A stretch of 58,923 nt of DNA, taken from assembly GCA_900088475.1 (NCBI GenBank), contig FLMG01000896.1:1-58923 (forward strand), written 5' to 3'. The stretch comes from Hyphochytrium catenoides. Its lineage: Eukaryota; Protista; Hyphochytriomycota. The position numbers and the translations under genes were made by a program. Positions 38,577-50,988 of the stretch are shown one piece after another; the stretch's first letter is position 1; each line of letters begins with the position of its first letter. A model generated the notes under the pieces. The model had not been told where the DNA came from. It did no database searches and worked only from the letters and a program-made list of their open reading frames with translations.

Positions 38577-41500
38577 CTACAGCTGCTTCTTGTTCTTCTT
38601 CAGCTGATACCGCTGCGTCACCTCCTTAGGCTTGAGTGCCTCACTCTTGCCTATGAGCTCTCTCTGAACATTCTCTCTGCCCATCATCCTTGCCACGTCG
38701 AAAGAAGCAGAGAACTCATTGTTAAACATGATTCTCTTCTGGAATTCGCCCACCATCTGCAGAAACATTGACAGTGCTGCCAGCGGGATAAGGATGAGCC
38801 ACGCCAAGAAGCGGTCGAAGTTCCGTGCAAGCCATCTTGTCACCACGTGCTGAGTCTTGCAGGTGACTACCAGGACTTGAAGGACGAAGTAGGCGACGAG
38901 AACCACACAGGTGGCAATGTTGACCAGCCCCCAAACAGGGATAAAGAAGAGAGCCACGATGACGAGGACGAGGAACAGAAAGAATGCCCCGAACTTGAGC
39001 TTTCTTAGGCTCTTCTGCTTTAGTGTGAGCTTCTTGGTGATTCTTGAGGCGAGGTAGCCCAGATAAATCAGCGCCAACATGAAGATGACTAGTGCAGCAA
39101 GGAAGAGGTAGCCATAGTAGAATGCTACCTGGATCTTCTCATTGTCCCACTGAGTCTTGGGGTCAATGAGCGTCCAGTTGTTAGTCTGAGCGAGGTACCA
39201 GGCAACATCGTACCAGAGGCACCACGCAAGGAAGAGGAATCTAGTCTTTCTTAGGATGGTAGCAATCTTGGCTGTCCGAGTGGCATAGTTCAGATACTCT
39301 GTCTCCGAAAGCCACCAGCCAAGCCAACTGCTTGATGTCTCATTCTCTCTCTCCAACCATGCTTCAAAGTCATGATAGTCCGCCACTAGCTTCTCCCAGT
39401 CAAGACCATGAGGGTTGAAGAAGAACGGGGCCCAACTCCAAGAAGCAGCAATTAGCCAAAGGGCAAAGGTCATCAAGCCATAGTTCTGATTCGTAGGCAG
39501 GACGCATTGCTGGTACCAGGCCTCGTAGCATCGGACATTCCATTGCTCTGCTGTTGGCTCAATATTCCCAAAGTACTGAGCGTCAACCGTCCACAGACAG
39601 CCGCACCAGGACGTGTTGAAGAAAATTGCTCCCAGAACAAGGAGGAAGACCAGCTCCATTCCCCGGTAAAAGTGAGAGAAGGCGTAGAAGCGGAAGAGTT
39701 CAGCGAAGCTCTCATGCTTGATGGTAAAGCCTCTGCCTGTCGCGCGGTACTTGGCGCCACCGAAGAGCAGCGTCCTGTCAAAATAATGCATCTTGGTTCC
39801 CATCTGGAAGGTAAAGTACAGCGGTCCCATGGACAGCGTGTTCCATATCAGGTAGACCAGTCCGTGTCTGAAGCCTTGCTCTACGCCAATGACGGCGATG
39901 ATAGGAATGGCAAGAAGGAAGCCAAACTGGAAGGCCCACTCAACGTTCATTGTCCCTGCCACACCCAGAGTGCCATACTGAAGCATGATGGGCTCCAGAC
40001 CAGAGAATGCCATGTATAGACGGCAGTAGATGAAGCAGTAGATGGCCACGACAGTCAACGTCTGAGTGATATACCAGCCAATGTTGCCATAGAAAAAGCT
40101 GTTCAAGCGGAAGAAGTCAAACCCAGAGCCAATGCGCGCGACATCTCTTGAGATAACGACTTCCCCTGCTCCTGAGGCGAGCTTCGCCTCAAACAGAGAG
40201 AGCTGCTGCATCCCGACATCTCTTCCCTTTCCGCACTGCAAGAACTCCTCATGGACTACCTGTCCTCCTCTCAGAGTGGTGTTGAAGCCCGCAAAGATAT
40301 CCTCAGAGAGATTGATTAGCTTTGAAGCTTTAGCAGTACCTCCGTTACCGATTGCGAAGAGCTTATCGAAGATATCTGGATGTCCATAATGCATTCTGAC
40401 CAAAAACATCGCGAGAATGCGCTGTCCTAGAGAGACGAAGGCAAGCTCTTGCACAGACATGAACTCAGCCAGAGCAGAGACCGCACCAGTGAAGACGTAC
40501 TCTCTGTACCCGATGATGGTGATCTGCTTATCTAGAGGCCTGTCATCGGTAACGCGGAGGAGGTTAGGCATCTTCAGCCATTCTTCAAAGTATCCGTCCT
40601 GGTTCATATCTATGGCTTGCACAAACTCTCCTCGAGAGAAGATTATGGCGTGGTTCGTGTTCTCTGGCTTGCCTTCTCCTACAATCGGATTGCCTGGGAG
40701 CTCTACTCGGTAGACCTCTACAATGCGATGATCCACAGCTTTGATCAGTACCGAGTAGAAGGTAGAAGGACCATGGCCTCCGCCTCCTGCTCCTCCTTTC
40801 TTGGCAGAGACTTCATCCACGTAGGCCACGCGTAGGAGCGGATGCTTTTGAAGGAGAAAGTCAATATCTGCGGCCTGTTGTTGCCCTTTCTCCTTCTGTT
40901 TGCCGTAGATCTGGCATGTGACAACGAACGAGAACTTCAGCGTGACCATCTGGTCGAGTCTAAGGCAAAGATTGCAGTTGCAGCTCTCTTTGTGCATCTC
41001 TTCATCGTTCCCAATCTCCAGCCAATAGAGAAATCGAACAGCCTCGGCCATGTAGAGCATGCCTCGGACGGTCCTGGCCAGTGTTTGGCCGCGATAGGAC
41101 GCCCACAGACGTGTCTCTATGTCGTTTTTCTTTAACGCTGAAGGCCCGTCCTTTGCCTCTATTCTCTCAAGGAAGTTTCTCCACTCTTCAGGGTAGACGG
41201 TCTGCAGGTAGAAAAGAGTGTTGACGTGATCTTCATTGAACTCTGTCAGCTCTTTGGCAGAGTAGAGAGCGGTCTCTGCGTAGTATGGGGTGGCCACAGA
41301 GATGGAGTGCATATACTTGATAAGCTTGGCAGTCGGCATATCCATGAAGAGAGAGTTGGAGAAGAAGCGCAGTCTTCTCTTTCCTTCCCTGCTCTTGGGC
41401 TCAGCGTCAAGGTTGTCCACAGAGAGAAGGTAAAAAGTCCTAGAGATAAGGTCCATCACGGCCTCACTGGAGATGCAGAGGTCAATCTGTTGGCTGCAAT

Positions 41501-44500
41501 ACTCTCTCGCCCCGTCCGAGCTCTTGGGGAAGAAGAAAGAGTTCTCCTTCATCTGTGACTTGTCGAGAAGTTGCACCATCTCCGCGCTAGGGCTCACCAC
41601 CTTTCGCAGTGCAGAAAAGACGTTCTGCCAAACATAATGGAAAGAGGGTGAGAAAGAGGAAGAGAGGAAGGAAGAGGGAAGGGAGAAGAGAGAAGGAGAA
41701 AGATAGAGAGCCTAGGAGCCAAACTGCTTCAGGGTAAAATAGAGAAGGAAGAGATGCGGCTTCATATTGGAGCGCAAAGCCACAGAAAGAGGGTGCAGAA
41801 GAGAAGAACACGCCGGCAAGGACAGAGAGACACTCCCTATGTAGATGGTCTCAACTCAATGGGATACAGACACAGGTAGAATAGAGAGAAGGAGAGAAAG
41901 TAGAAGGAGAGAGAAGAAGAAAGAAAGGGAAAGAGAAAGTGAGAGAAGAGAGAGAGATGTAAAGACAGTGTAACGTTAGACGGGGTTGCCTCTGTTGCTT
42001 ACCTCTGCTTTCTCTGCCACCCCAAACATGAGCTTCTTGAACTTGTCTCCATGATTCCCCACCTCGTCCGCGAGGAGAGAGATATCCAGGAGAGAGCGCA
42101 TGAGGTGAATGAGCGCTTCCCGTAGCGGAGGGAGGGATGAAAGCTGTAAGCCCGACATCGTAGAGGAGGACGCAGCCTGAGCCTCAATGTACTCAAACAC
42201 CTGATTCACCTCTTTATGATTCTTCCCAAGGATAGCCTGTCAATAGAGGAAGGGGCCAGTTAGAGAAAAAAAGGGGAAGGGAGAGAGAAAGAGCCACACG
42301 GCTTGGGAATAAATGGAGAGGTGAACTTGTTGAGAGAGCTAGAAGGGGCAGAGCATGGACCGAGGAAGAAGATGTTCGAGTAGCAACATGATTGACTGAA
42401 GGAGGAAGAGAAAGAGAGAAGGAGAAAGGATAAGAGAGAAGACAGAGGAAGAGAAACAGAAAGAGAGGAAATAGCGAGAAGAAAGAGAGAGAGAGAGAGA
42501 TTCTCTAACCCTAAGTGCCGCTGCCGCGGTGTAGTAGCTGCTTTTGATGGAGTAGATCCTCAGGTTATCCTTCAGAAGCCTTTCTTTCATGGCCTTGTCC
42601 ACCTTCTGGAGCTTCTTCTCTCCACTTTTGTTCTCTTTCAAGGCCTTGTACACTTCCGCACCCTCTCTCACGATCTTCAGAGCTTCGTCAAGCTTTCCCG
42701 CCACTAGAAAGGCAGGTGCGTAGAGGGAACGTTGCTTGGAGCCAGGACTATCTATCAGGTATCTGATAGGGAAGAATAGCAGACGGAGAGAGAGAAGATG
42801 AGATACTGATGGAAGAGAGTAGCGGCTGAGCAAAGCATGGTCACGGGAAGAGAGGGAGAGTTACCGGACGAGAGAAGGAAGAAAGAGAGGCAGGAAAATA
42901 AAGATGGGAGGAGAGAGGGACAGAAGAGAGACAGAGAGAGGAATGAGAGAGAGACGGAACGGGGTGGACATAGAGATAGAGGGAGATATTCTGACTGGCG
43001 TGAGGAAGAGCAAGAAAATGAGAGAAAGAGCGACAGACAGACAGACATTTTGAGAAAAATAGAAAGAACATTACCTCAGGACTGCGAGCTCTCTGTCAGA
43101 GATAACGTCTTCCTGTCTCATGATGAGCAGTACCCGGTTCCAAGCCAATGCGAAGGGGACAACTCTCTCGAACTCTGCTCCGCTGATACCGCCAGCATTG
43201 GAGACAGGAGAAGGAGAAGATGCTGGAGGCTCAGCCGTCCCTTCCTCCAGAGCACTCATATTGCCATAGAAAGAGGTATAACGGATGGCTTGCATCATAA
43301 TGGGCACCGTTCCTCCTTCTAAGGGCACATTCTCGGAGATGATCCTCTGCTTCGTGCCTGACTCTTTCCCTCCTTCTCCTCGCTTCCCTTTCTTCTTCTT
43401 CGCTGCTCCTCCCGCCTCAGGATTGTACGTCCCCACGCACTTCTGCAGGAACTGCTCAGAGAGAAAGTCAAACTTTGACCGAAGAAGCTGGAAGGAGCGA
43501 ATGTCTCCAATCCTAGCGTTAAAGCCTCTCACTGCTCCGAGGACCAGCGTGCAGAGCGCGTACCAGATCTGGAAGTCATACATAAAGACCGTCCAGGATG
43601 GCAGCCAGAGCGCCAGGATGTACGCCAGATTATGGAAGTTATAGGTGAAGAAGAAGTGATAGGCTGGGAGAGAGATGCGGTTTGGGAAGAACCAGATGAA
43701 GAGAGAAGCTTCGACGAGAGGCTTGACGATGACGGTGTAAGAGATGTAGCTCTTTAGAATGAAGAGAAAGAGCCAGAAGAGAGTGTATTGCACTTTGTGG
43801 GAGAGAGGCGTAGGGAGAGAGCGCCCCACATAGCCTTGACCCATGGCGCTCGTGCAGACGTTAAGCAGTTCGAGGAAGATGACCAGGGCGAAGGAGCCCA
43901 CACCCACGAAGAGAGGGAGGTTGAGGTTCTGTACGTAGGGATATTGGAGGGGATGGCAGGAGACAGAGCAAAGCGTAGAGGGAGTGAGCCAGAGCGGGAG
44001 AAGAGAGGCACATTGGACATAGAGAGGGAGAGAGAGAGAAGCAGAAAGAGAGCCGTCGGGCAATGTTCATCAGTGTCTCTTTCTCCTATTCAGTTCTATG
44101 TTCAACATATTCTTCTCTATACCTTCATATCCATCGCATACTTCAGAAAGCTGTCGATCAGTGCCGAGAGCTCGACAGTGCTGAGGTCCCCGCAGGCGCG
44201 ACAGTTAAGACAGCCGTTGTCTCCGTCGTAGAGAATCCTATTCACAGCCTTCTTCCACACGGGCTGGCAGGTGGACTGGTTGAACACTGCGAGAGAAAGT
44301 GAGCGGGTTGGGAAGCGGTCAGGGTACGCGTATGGCCAAGATTGAGCAAGACTGGGAGAGAGGTGAGAGAGAGAGAGAGCAAGGACGAGAAAGAAGAGGA
44401 TGAGAATGAACAGACAGGGCGGGAGAAAGAAGAGAGAGAAAAGAACATTGTCTGGAGCTCTAAGGAGAAGAGAATGGACGGAAAGTTATCAACATGGCAA

Positions 44501-44742
44501 AGAGTGAGCAACTAATGCAAATTTCAGAATAGCTCTTTCTCTTGCCTTGACACTCATGTTGTCCATCTCTGTCCCTCTCTCTCTCTCTCTCTCCTCTTAA
44601 ACTTATCTTCTCATGTATGCTTACCTTTGATGACAGAGGTAGGAGCCTTTCCCATCGTGAAAGCTGAGTAGGTAAGCGCCTGGTGTAGCTCAGGGCTAAA
44701 GCACTTCTCAANNNNNNNNNNNNNNNNNNNNNNNNNNNNNNN

Positions 44743-44780
<38 letters not shown>

Positions 44781-47365
44781 GATAGACGAGTGTGAGCGTA
44801 CGATGGAAGACAGCGTATATGCGAGGCAACAGACAGAAGAGACTGAGGAAAATGGAGGCTAAAGAGCAAACTAGAGAGAGGAGACGATAAGGCTTGGAAG
44901 AGACGGGAGCGGGAAAGGTAGCCGTGTCCTGTCTCTCTTACCGATTGAGACCTCTTGAAGCAGGACGTGAAGGGCACGACCTGCATCAGCTCGCCAAAGT
45001 CCCGAGGAGGGTTGGAGAAAGGGTTCACATCAGCTGAGGTCTGGATGCCCAGGCAGCTTTGAAGGAGAGAAGTAGAGCACGAGCCCGAGGAAGAAGAGGA
45101 GGTCTGCAGCCATCTCTTTGCCTTCTCTCTCTCCTCCGGTAGAGCCTCAGATGTGTCTCCTAGAGCTGAAGGAGCGGTGAGAAGGGAAGGTAAATGAGAC
45201 AAACAGTCCCGGCCAGTGGGCCAAAGGATCTCTTTCTCCTGATCTCTCATGTTCCTTTTGTTTTTTACAATCGCATCTCTCTCTCCCCTTCCTTGTCGTT
45301 TCTGTTTCTCTCTCTCTCTTTTTCTCTCTCTCTATTCAATCTCTCTCTCGCGCGCGCTTCTCCTCCCTCGCTACACTCTCTTTCCCTTACGTATTTATGA
45401 CACTGTCTACATCTGTTCCTCTATCACTCCCCTCTGTCCTCTACTTCTCTCTCTCTCTCTCTCCCATCCTCGCCTCGCTGCTACTCCTCCTTCACTCTCT
45501 TCTTCCTCCTCCTCTCTCCTCATCGACGCTCACCTGCGATGACTTCTAGTCTACGACTACCGGAGACCTTGCTCGAGACATTCCACATCTGATGACCGAG
45601 AAGCGTGATGCCTTCTTCTCCTCTGAACTGATAGAAGTAAGGCTGCGTAGGACACATGACTGTGATGGTGAAGGCGAGGCCGATGAGAAGAAGGAACAGT
45701 GCGCAATTGAAGCGCCAGAGACGGCGGAACGACCAGAACATTCGAAACCACGTTCGTCGCTCAATGAAGGTCTTCTTCGCGATCTAGAGGATAGAGAGAA
45801 AGATGAAGGACACAAAGAGAGAGAGAGAGGGCGTAGAAGAGCAAAAGTGAGAGGGTAGAGGGACAAGAGGTTAGATTGGAGAGCGAAGCGGGAGCAAAGA
45901 GAGTGAAAAGAGAGAGCGGCGGGGAGAGACAAGTGATTCACTGAGGACATAGGGCGTGGAGACTTGGTAGAAGCGCTAGAAGATTGGTTGCCCGAAGTGA
46001 CGCCGGCAAAGAGAGAGAGACACACAGAGCGAAGGCAAGAGCGAATGAAGGAAAGAGAAGAGGAGAGAACGAGAGAGTGAGAGAGTGAGAATAAATGAAA
46101 GATCGAAAGAACTAGAGAAAGAAATAGAATGTGATGTCGGAAGAGAGGAACAGGAAGAGAGACAGAAAGGGTCGGCGGAAGAGAGTCAGAGAGGAGAGAA
46201 AGCGGAAAGTAGGCGTGCCTTTGGCTGGCCACCCTTGGTAGCTGCGTTGAAGGCTTCAGCAATCTTGGTCTCCTCATACTTTAGGCACTTCTTCGACCAG
46301 AAGAACTCGTTCACGTCATCGTAGTTTCTGATGTCGTAGTGCTCCGCCCTCTGTCCCTTCGCTGTCTTCTTCTTGTTCTCTTTGTCCAGCCATTCATATA
46401 GCGGCTTAATAGTGAGAGAGAGAAAGGAGTTCTCTTCTGCTTGCTGCCCAAGGGCCTGAGTTAGCTACAAGGAAGAATGAAGAGAAAGAAGGGAAGAGAG
46501 AGAGAGAGAGAAGAAGAAAGAGAGAGAGAGTTTGTGGGGTACAGATTAGTTAAGCAACTTCTAGCGCGGTTAGGGTACCAGCCACTAGACCACGCTTGCA
46601 TCAGTTTCTTTGCACTTTTCTATCTATCTATGTGTCTCTCTTCTTCTTTCTCTCTCTCTCTCTCTCTGGTCTCTCTCTCTCTCTCTTCTCCTTTCTCTCT
46701 CTCCCTCTCTCCCTCTCTCTGTGTCTGTCTCTTCACAATTTCCTTCCCTCTCTCCGTCCCTCTCCCGTCATTATGCCACTGACCTTGCCCGCCAGCTTGT
46801 GATACAAATAACAAAGGAACTCCGGGCAAGCTCTGAAGTTGGCAGCCTCGCCCCAAATGAGGAGCATGAGACACACATCCAGCGCTTCAGAGCCGCTATA
46901 GCAAGGCTTGGCGCGGATGTAGCGGCACCACTTGGAATAGTTGAAGAAGAGCCGCTCGTGCACTGCCGCTATGCCTGTCTTTCGCGCTTTCTTCGAAGCT
47001 TTTTTGGGGGCTGATGTGGGATGGAACAAAGAGAGAGACGGGGACAGTGAGACAGAGAGAAAAAAAGAGAGAAGAAGAGAGAGATACAGAGAGAGAAAAG
47101 AGAGAGAGAGAGAGGTGATGAGTATCAAGGACCAGACGATAGCTGTGGTCCTGACTCTCTCCAGCGTCCTTCTGTTTACCTGGCTCATCAGCTCTAACAG
47201 CGTAGTTGGTGAGAAGGAGAAGCACGTGCTCCTTTGTGTTCTTAGCATTCCCTTGCTGGAAACCATAGGCTCTGCGTAGCGTCTCTACAATGTCTCCGTA
47301 CTTTGGGTCTCTGGGGGAAGGGGAAATGCACAGTTTAGGACAGATTGTTAGGGAAAGGGGACGAG

Positions 47366-47415
<50 letters not shown>

Positions 47416-48155
47416 TCCATTCACAAGAAGTACGAGTCGCGACCAAGGACTGAGGCTTACCTCTCAAGAGCCTCAAGAATGGGCGCACACTCCGCGGGAA
47501 CATCGGTAAAGTCAATGAGATTGTCTACGGCTCTTCCCTCTTCTTTGCTCGGAGAAGATGAAGGGAAGCCCCCGTTCGCGTTCCTCTCTATCATTCTCAT
47601 GTACCGTCTCATCTTCTTATTGATCCTAACAAGAGCACGAAGAGGAGACGAATACTCTTAGCCACCGTGGTACCAGCGATCTAGCGATAGGAGAAGGAAG
47701 AAAGAGAAACCTTTGCCACGCAGTACATAGCACAAAGGCCGAGAGGGCCATGGTAAGAGCAGAGCGACAAAGACAAGTAATGAACGGAGAGGCCAAGGGG
47801 AAGAGAAGAAGATGAGAAAGGAAAAACGACAGAGAGAGAGAAAAGAGAGAGAGAGAGAGAAAGAAGAAGTAGGGACTCAAGCTTACTTGAGTGCTTCCTG
47901 GGTTTGCTCCTGGCCATAGTCCTCTAGTCCTCTCCTCATGAACCCGAGGGCCTCCGTGAACAGTTTTTCCGCCTGTGCCGCCTCTGAGGCCTGCAAAGCG
48001 ATTCCTTGGTTCACCATGGCCAACGCTTTCTCATAGAGCTGAACCAGCTCAGGAGAGGCTTTCTCCTGATCCTCATAGCTCTCTGCTGACCCTCGTTCTC
48101 TGTCTTCTCTCTCCCGCTCCCGCTCCCGACCGCCATTCTGATAAATGGTCGGCAT
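38577..48155 (-). CDS. 1,3-beta-glucan (callose) synthase, GT48/FKS family, with N-terminal MIT-like domain; multi-exon with a ~3-kb terminal exon
   Basis: Motifs: YGFQQGNAKNTKEH, LLIWGEAANFRACPEFLCYLY, RNYDDVNEFFWS, KTFIERRGFECSG region exon (FWSFRRLW), RRLRFFSNSLF, RLWASYRGQTLARTVRGM, LPGNPIVGEGKPENTNHAIIF, IDMNQDGY, RMHYGHPD, INLSEDIFAG, QCGKGRDVG, GGAKYRATGRGF. Multiple transmembrane helices. Confidence 0.97.
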
Positions 48156-48859
48156 TCTCCCTCGCCTCGCTCTCTCTACCCGTCCAGTTCACTCTCGGCC
48201 GACGCCGTCGGCGCGCTGATGAGAGTTCACTAGCGCGATAGAAGAGATGACTGTGATAGCCTCTGCGGTCTTTCTAATATTTGTAGAACTGGGGCTCTCG
48301 TATGTGGGCCGGTAGGCCAGAGATGAATGTGCGATCTACTGAGAAGAGGTGCGAAGCGGCAGAGATGCACGGGAAACGAGAGACTTGGAAAAGGAGAGAA
48401 GAGAGAAAGACAGAGAGAGAAGGACGCGGAGGAGGAAGGTGAAGCCGGTAGCAGGAAGCTTGAGGCTATCGCGACGGCCGGAAACCAGAAAGGGGGGGGG
48501 TGAAACGAAATGACAAGGAAGTCATGTCACCTGAGCGTGACGAGAAGAACGGGAAAGAGGAAGCCACGAGAGCGACACGAGAGCAAGCGCTAGAAACAAC
48601 GAGAGAGAGAGAGAAAGAAAGGATGAGAGAGAGAGAGAGAGCGCGAGAGAAAGGAGAGAAAGAGAAAGAGAGAAAGTAAAGAGAAAGAGCAAGAGGGTTG
48701 AACGGAGGAAAGAGGCTCCACAGAGAAAGAAGAGAGTGAGATAAGGGGAGGGGAGAGAGGGAGAGCGANNNNNNNNNNNNNNNNNNNNNNNNNNNNNNNN
48801 NNNNNNNNNNAGAGAGAGAGAGAGCGACCGAGAGAGAGAGAGAGAGAGAGACAAGAGAA

Positions 48860-49253
48860 TGTCTCTGTGTCTGCCTGGGTTCAGTTGGCGCCCCGCGTCC
48901 ACTTCACTGTCGAAACCCAAGTTGTTTCGTAACGCCTCCAGGGTGGGTAGGCCTTCACCATGGTATAATCCAATATCCTCACTGTTATATACCATAAGCT
49001 CACTTTCTCCTTTGTAATCAGGTTGAGCGGGGCTGGGTGTTAGGTGGTATCTAGTGTGAGTATCCAGGTAAATAGTGACTGATTTGTATCCACCAGGTAG
49101 TTTGTAGCTCAACATAATGTTTAGAGATTTGGCGGGTGGGATGTCTTTTTGTACATAAGAGCGTTTTTTACCTGTTTTTCGACCACTTGACCGATTCGAT
49201 AACGATGATTCTTCTTCTTCTTCCCTTTGACGCTTTGATTATGATGATGCCAT
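48860..49253 (-). pseudogene. Intronless ORF fragment of unknown origin with premature stop at codon 5
   Basis: Reads MASS*SKRQREEEEESSLSNRSSGRKTGKKRSYVQKDIPPAKSLNIMLSYKLPGGYKSVTIYLDTHTRYHL...LEALRNNLGFDSEVD. It is open for about 125 codons after the TAA, then runs into a microsatellite and an N-gap. Confidence 0.35.
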
Positions 49254-50988
49254 CGGCCTGGTGAAAGACCAGGGAGGCGCTGTCTTACTAGAGACTCAGC
49301 AGCAGGTGGTAGAGGGCCTAGGGCACGTCAGTTTGAATGAAGACAGAGAGTGTTACACAGCAGCGCAGAGGACAACAAGATGGAGCTCAACAACCACGAG
49401 GACAAGCAGGTGCAACAAGAGCAGGGGGGTGTCGTCATGATGATAGTTGAGGCAAAGAGTTAAGAAAGAGAGGCAACAATGGAGGATCAAGACAAATGGA
49501 ACTGGAAATATAAATCAAGGGAAGTGGTTAACATCGAGAAAGAGGAATGTGGAGGAGGAAGCGGCGGGCGGACGCTAGCCAGAAGTAGGTAAACAATGGA
49601 GGAGAGCAAATAAAGGATAGCTGGGGTTCGGCTCCAGCCCATATCACTAAGAAGTATATATAGGCACTAAATATCATCGGAGACCACATAATAAAGAACA
49701 GTAACAGAAGAAAGACAGGAAGCCACTAGAGGACTGCAGATGATGCTATGACGACCCACCAGGGCCGAACAATAATCTGAAATAGCGGCTTCTTGTCCGC
49801 TGCTAAGAGAGTGAGACTGCCACGTGACAGTCAGAGGCACCGGTCCAATCTTTTTGGTGGAGAGGAATTCCTAACCACCTGAAGAGTTATATAAGAATAT
49901 GGCAACTATATATATTATCAAGCTGGTTAGATGTATCAATTGAGCTCTTCTCCAGCCTGTAGAAGAAAAATAACTTCGAACAGATGTTAGAAGAAGAGGA
50001 TTACGGATGTAGTGATGGTGAAGACTAAGAAAGATTGGCCCAGTTGCTAGTGCTTAGGTTAGCGATTAGTACTACTAGTGCGGTGACGGGAAGGTAGAAC
50101 TTTATTGAGGGACGATGAGACGTACCGACGGCCTCTTAGCGGGCGAAAGAAGACAGCGAATGCATGCGCTGTTCATTTTACGCTATGATGATGACTCAAC
50201 GCCGGAAACAACTGTAAGAAACAAGTAGTAAATTGGTGGCCTTGGTTCTTTCCACTACATAAAGCAGTCATGTTGTCTTCTTTTATACCTCGCCTTCCTA
50301 TCCTTATGTTGTTGCTCAGGAGATCAATGATGACGCTTCTTGTTCTGATGATGATGATGACGGTGATAGAGAGAGAATTGAACGGACCAAATCTTCGCGG
50401 TCGTAGTAGCTCTTCTTCTTCTTGTTTCTTCTACTTCCTCTTCTACTACTTCTCCTCCTCTTCTTCCTGTTCTTCTGCTTCTGCTTAACATCTTCTTCTT
50501 CTTCTATCTGCCGAGTAGTTAGTCCACATATATAAGAGATAACTCTTGCTTATGATGAGGCAAGAAGAGAGAAAGAAGAAGCAGCAAGAAGGAGAGTTCC
50601 CTTACAGTAGTGGTTGTCTCCTTTCCCATACTGTGAGACAAGGGCATACTGTTCTGAGCTGTATTCCAAATCTGTCACCTTAGAGAACTTATTCTGAGAA
50701 ATAAGTAGTTGCGGATCTAGGAATCAGTTGTCAGAAGTCATAACAGGGTTGAAGTTACTCTTCCTTCATTCTTCAGTCTTTCTGGTTAGATAAGAACTAC
50801 AATCAGCTTTGGTCTGCCAGCCTGCTGAGAGCCTGCACAGCGCAGCTTGCTCCTCCACAAAAGAAGAGATCGTCTCGTGCCCACCATTCCATAGTTCTCT
50901 CTCCGTCACCAGAGGTTCTCCAGACAACGTCAGTTCTTCTCTTCTGTGAGCCATCTCGTTCTTGTCCAGAGAAAATCCCGCAAGACCA

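Noticed and set aside
39473-41558. Several plus-strand and alternative-frame ORFs overlapping the large glucan-synthase exon
   Set aside because: Antisense or out-of-frame shadows of a conserved coding exon, with no independent motifs.
49619-49640. Hairpin gctgggg-ttcgg-ctccagc resembling a tRNA T-arm
   Set aside because: There is no cloverleaf or A/B box context. It is an isolated short stem.
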